A stretch of 18,373 bases of DNA from Candidatus Brocadiia bacterium (GTDB lineage: Bacteria > Planctomycetota > Brocadiia > SM23-32): positions 1 through 18,373 of the forward strand of contig JBKHIT010000079.1 in the NCBI GenBank assembly GCA_046538485.1, in the 5' to 3' direction. A program made the position numbers and the translations under genes. Of the stretch, positions 16,722 to 18,373 are shown one piece after another. A model generated the notes under the pieces. It was not told the DNA's origin, ran no database searches, and saw only the letters and a program-made list of their open reading frames with translations. Positions within the stretch are counted from its first letter, which is position 1. Each line of letters begins with the position of its first letter.

Positions 16722-17825
16722 TCACACCCTCTCGACCCGCAGACGGACCTCCCGCTTACGCGCCTTGATTTCCTTGCCTGAGCGCGGGGGAACGACGGTT
16801 CTGAGCGGAACTTCTTCCCCCTTTCGCTGACGTTCAAGCACGTCGACGGCCCTCTTCAGCATTTCCACATTGTCGTAACCCAGAAAACGAACGGGAATCG
16901 GGACCTGTGGTGTTTCGGGGAAATTACAGTGAGCAACGACGCTCATCTGGTCCGGGCGACGAATTCCTGCGGCAATCAAACCCGCACACGCGGGTTCCAC
17001 CAGCGTATCATCCGCGATAATGAGACCGTCAGGCCGAATGCTCTGGCCTTCGTGCATGAGAAGATGCGCCACGTCGTAGGCGGTTTCGGGCGTGGATGTA
17101 TTGATTCGAACAAACCAGTAATCACGGGTCGTCATCCCCGTCTGATCGAGTTGTTGCCTTAACTTCTGGCGCAACTCATCATTCGTGCCCGTCAACACTG
17201 CCACCCTGTCTCTGTCGGCTTCCTGCAGCAGCTTCACCGCACGAGCAAGATAGCTATCGCCGTCCATGGTGATGCCCGGGACCTGGTCCCGCACCGGCTC
17301 GGTCAACGTGGCCACAGGCATATCGGGGTGATCAAAAAGAATCTGCAGCGCCAGCCCCTGCGGACTGGATGCGAACAGCACGCCGGCCAGACGGTGTGCC
17401 GCGCAATCGCTTCTCAGGCGATTCCACTCATCGCCCGCCGGTTCCGTAACCTCAAAATAGGGAACAATTTTCACGCTTCCCGCTTTTTCAACGTCCGGTA
17501 GGAGTGACATCAGAACGGAAAGCCAGCCTTGGCCCTGCCGGAGTTGATCCCGGCTAAACGGAAAGACTATGGCGTAACGAGAAAGGTTCGGGGGAGAATC
17601 CTCCACGAACGTGCCGGCTTTTCCGGCAGTCCGGACGAACCCTTCCTCCACCAGTCTGTCGAAGGTGGCCTGCAGGGTGGTGTTACTGACATCAAATTCC
17701 TCCAGAAGTTCGGTGCGACGCGGAAGCTGTTCACCGGGCGCATACTCCCCATCCGCAATTCGCCGACGCAGCTCGTTCGCCACACGCCGTCGCACAGTTC
17801 CACGTTCTTTATTCGGCATGGACAT
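16722..17825 (-). CDS. GntR-family regulator with C-terminal LacI/periplasmic-binding-like effector domain
   Basis: LRRRIADGEYAPGEQLP....L..EF.VS..T....FDRLVEEG.V......GTFV HTH; C-terminal RPDGLIIADD...GL..AG...PD...VV. ATG 17825 has a GGAGGAG RBS. Confidence 0.88.
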   Translation of the reverse strand: MSMPNKERGTVRRRVANELRRRIADGEYAPGEQLPRRTELLEEFDVSNTTLQATFDRLVEEGFVRTAGKAGTFVEDSPPNLSRYAIVFPFSRDQLRQGQGWLSVLMSLLPDVEKAGSVKIVPYFEVTEPAGDEWNRLRSDCAAHRLAGVLFASSPQGLALQILFDHPDMPVATLTEPVRDQVPGITMDGDSYLARAVKLLQEADRDRVAVLTGTNDELRQKLRQQLDQTGMTTRDYWFVRINTSTPETAYDVAHLLMHEGQSIRPDGLIIADDTLVEPACAGLIAAGIRRPDQMSVVAHCNFPETPQVPIPVRFLGYDNVEMLKRAVDVLERQRKGEEVPLRTVVPPRSGKEIKARKREVRLRVERV

Positions 17826-17843
17826 ATACTCCTCCGCTCTTGA

Positions 17844-17879
17844 TATAATCCGTCTTGCATTATACGACAACGGATTATA
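17844..17879. promoter_or_regulatory. Palindromic candidate operator
   Basis: Perfect 10-bp IR TATAATCCGT (17844-17853) / ACGGATTATA (17870-17879) with a 16-bp spacer, overlapping the -10 box and the expected TSS. Confidence 0.6.
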
Positions 17880-17901
17880 GAAGGATTAAGCGGATTGTCA
17901 A
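17874..17901 (-). promoter_or_regulatory. sigma70-type promoter of the regulator/operon
   Basis: Minus strand TTGACA (17901-17896), 16 bp, TATAAT (17879-17874), about 50 bp upstream of ATG 17825. Confidence 0.8.
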
Positions 17902-18373
17902 GCACAAAAGCAAAAATGCAGGCTCAGAACTCCTGATCTCTTGGGGGAAGGTCGGACTGATGTTTGTTCTATAAGTCTTTTTTTATGTGAGGGTTAGGTG
18001 GTGGGGGGAGGGTTTTGCTTGCGCGAATTGGGCTGGAAAATAAAATGATACCTTTCCCCCAGTTTTTTGTCTGTATCCCGCAGACATAAAACAAAAACCG
18101 AGAGGAAAGGCAGGCACCTATGCCACAAGCTATTCTACCATTTATCGCGCCCGGTGCAACCCCGCTTAATGAGAGGAATTTGCGCTGTACCCTTTTTGGG
18201 GTTTGTGCAGGCCAGGGTTTTTCTGGTGCTGCCCCAAAGTCCCTGAGTATGCTGAGTGCAAATTCCTTATTTTTCCTTCGGCAAGAGGCATAGACGTTAT
18301 TATTAATGTTTTCTGATACACCCTCCCTGCGTTTGGGGAAAAATCAGCCATCTTCACATGATTATGCCGCCGT

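Noticed and set aside
17905..18373. AT-rich tail with a 63-aa ORF (18166-18357) and a small TGTCTG/CAGACA hairpin
   Set aside because: No recognisable protein, tRNA or riboswitch; most likely intergenic DNA belonging to a gene outside the window

Overview
Bacterial DNA, GC-rich in coding regions and more AT-rich at both ends. Nearly all of it is one minus-strand carbohydrate-catabolism cluster. In transcription order: a GntR-HTH/sugar-binding regulator with a consensus sigma70 promoter and palindromic operator, sulfatase, a small IS200-like relic, GH130 (hydrolase-like), UROD/MtaA-like protein, two sulfatases, an internally deleted mini-sulfatase, sulfatase, (alpha/alpha)6 glycosidase, sulfatase, DUF3604/PHP-type metallohydrolase, GH130 (phosphorylase-like), and a truncated GH78-like fragment. 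No enzyme has an obvious signal peptide, and no transporter or sulfatase-maturation gene is in the window. The most unusual DNA is at 32-674. It holds a 532-bp element carrying only the first 28 codons of a RAYT-like (Y1 HUH) transposase, with exactly mirror-symmetric ends (13-bp inverted repeat, 50 bp, then GCTTAGA-N28-TCTAAGC). It also has a separate tandem duplication across each terminus and a second outer inverted-repeat pair. Family assignments come from motif recognition only; no database searches were run.
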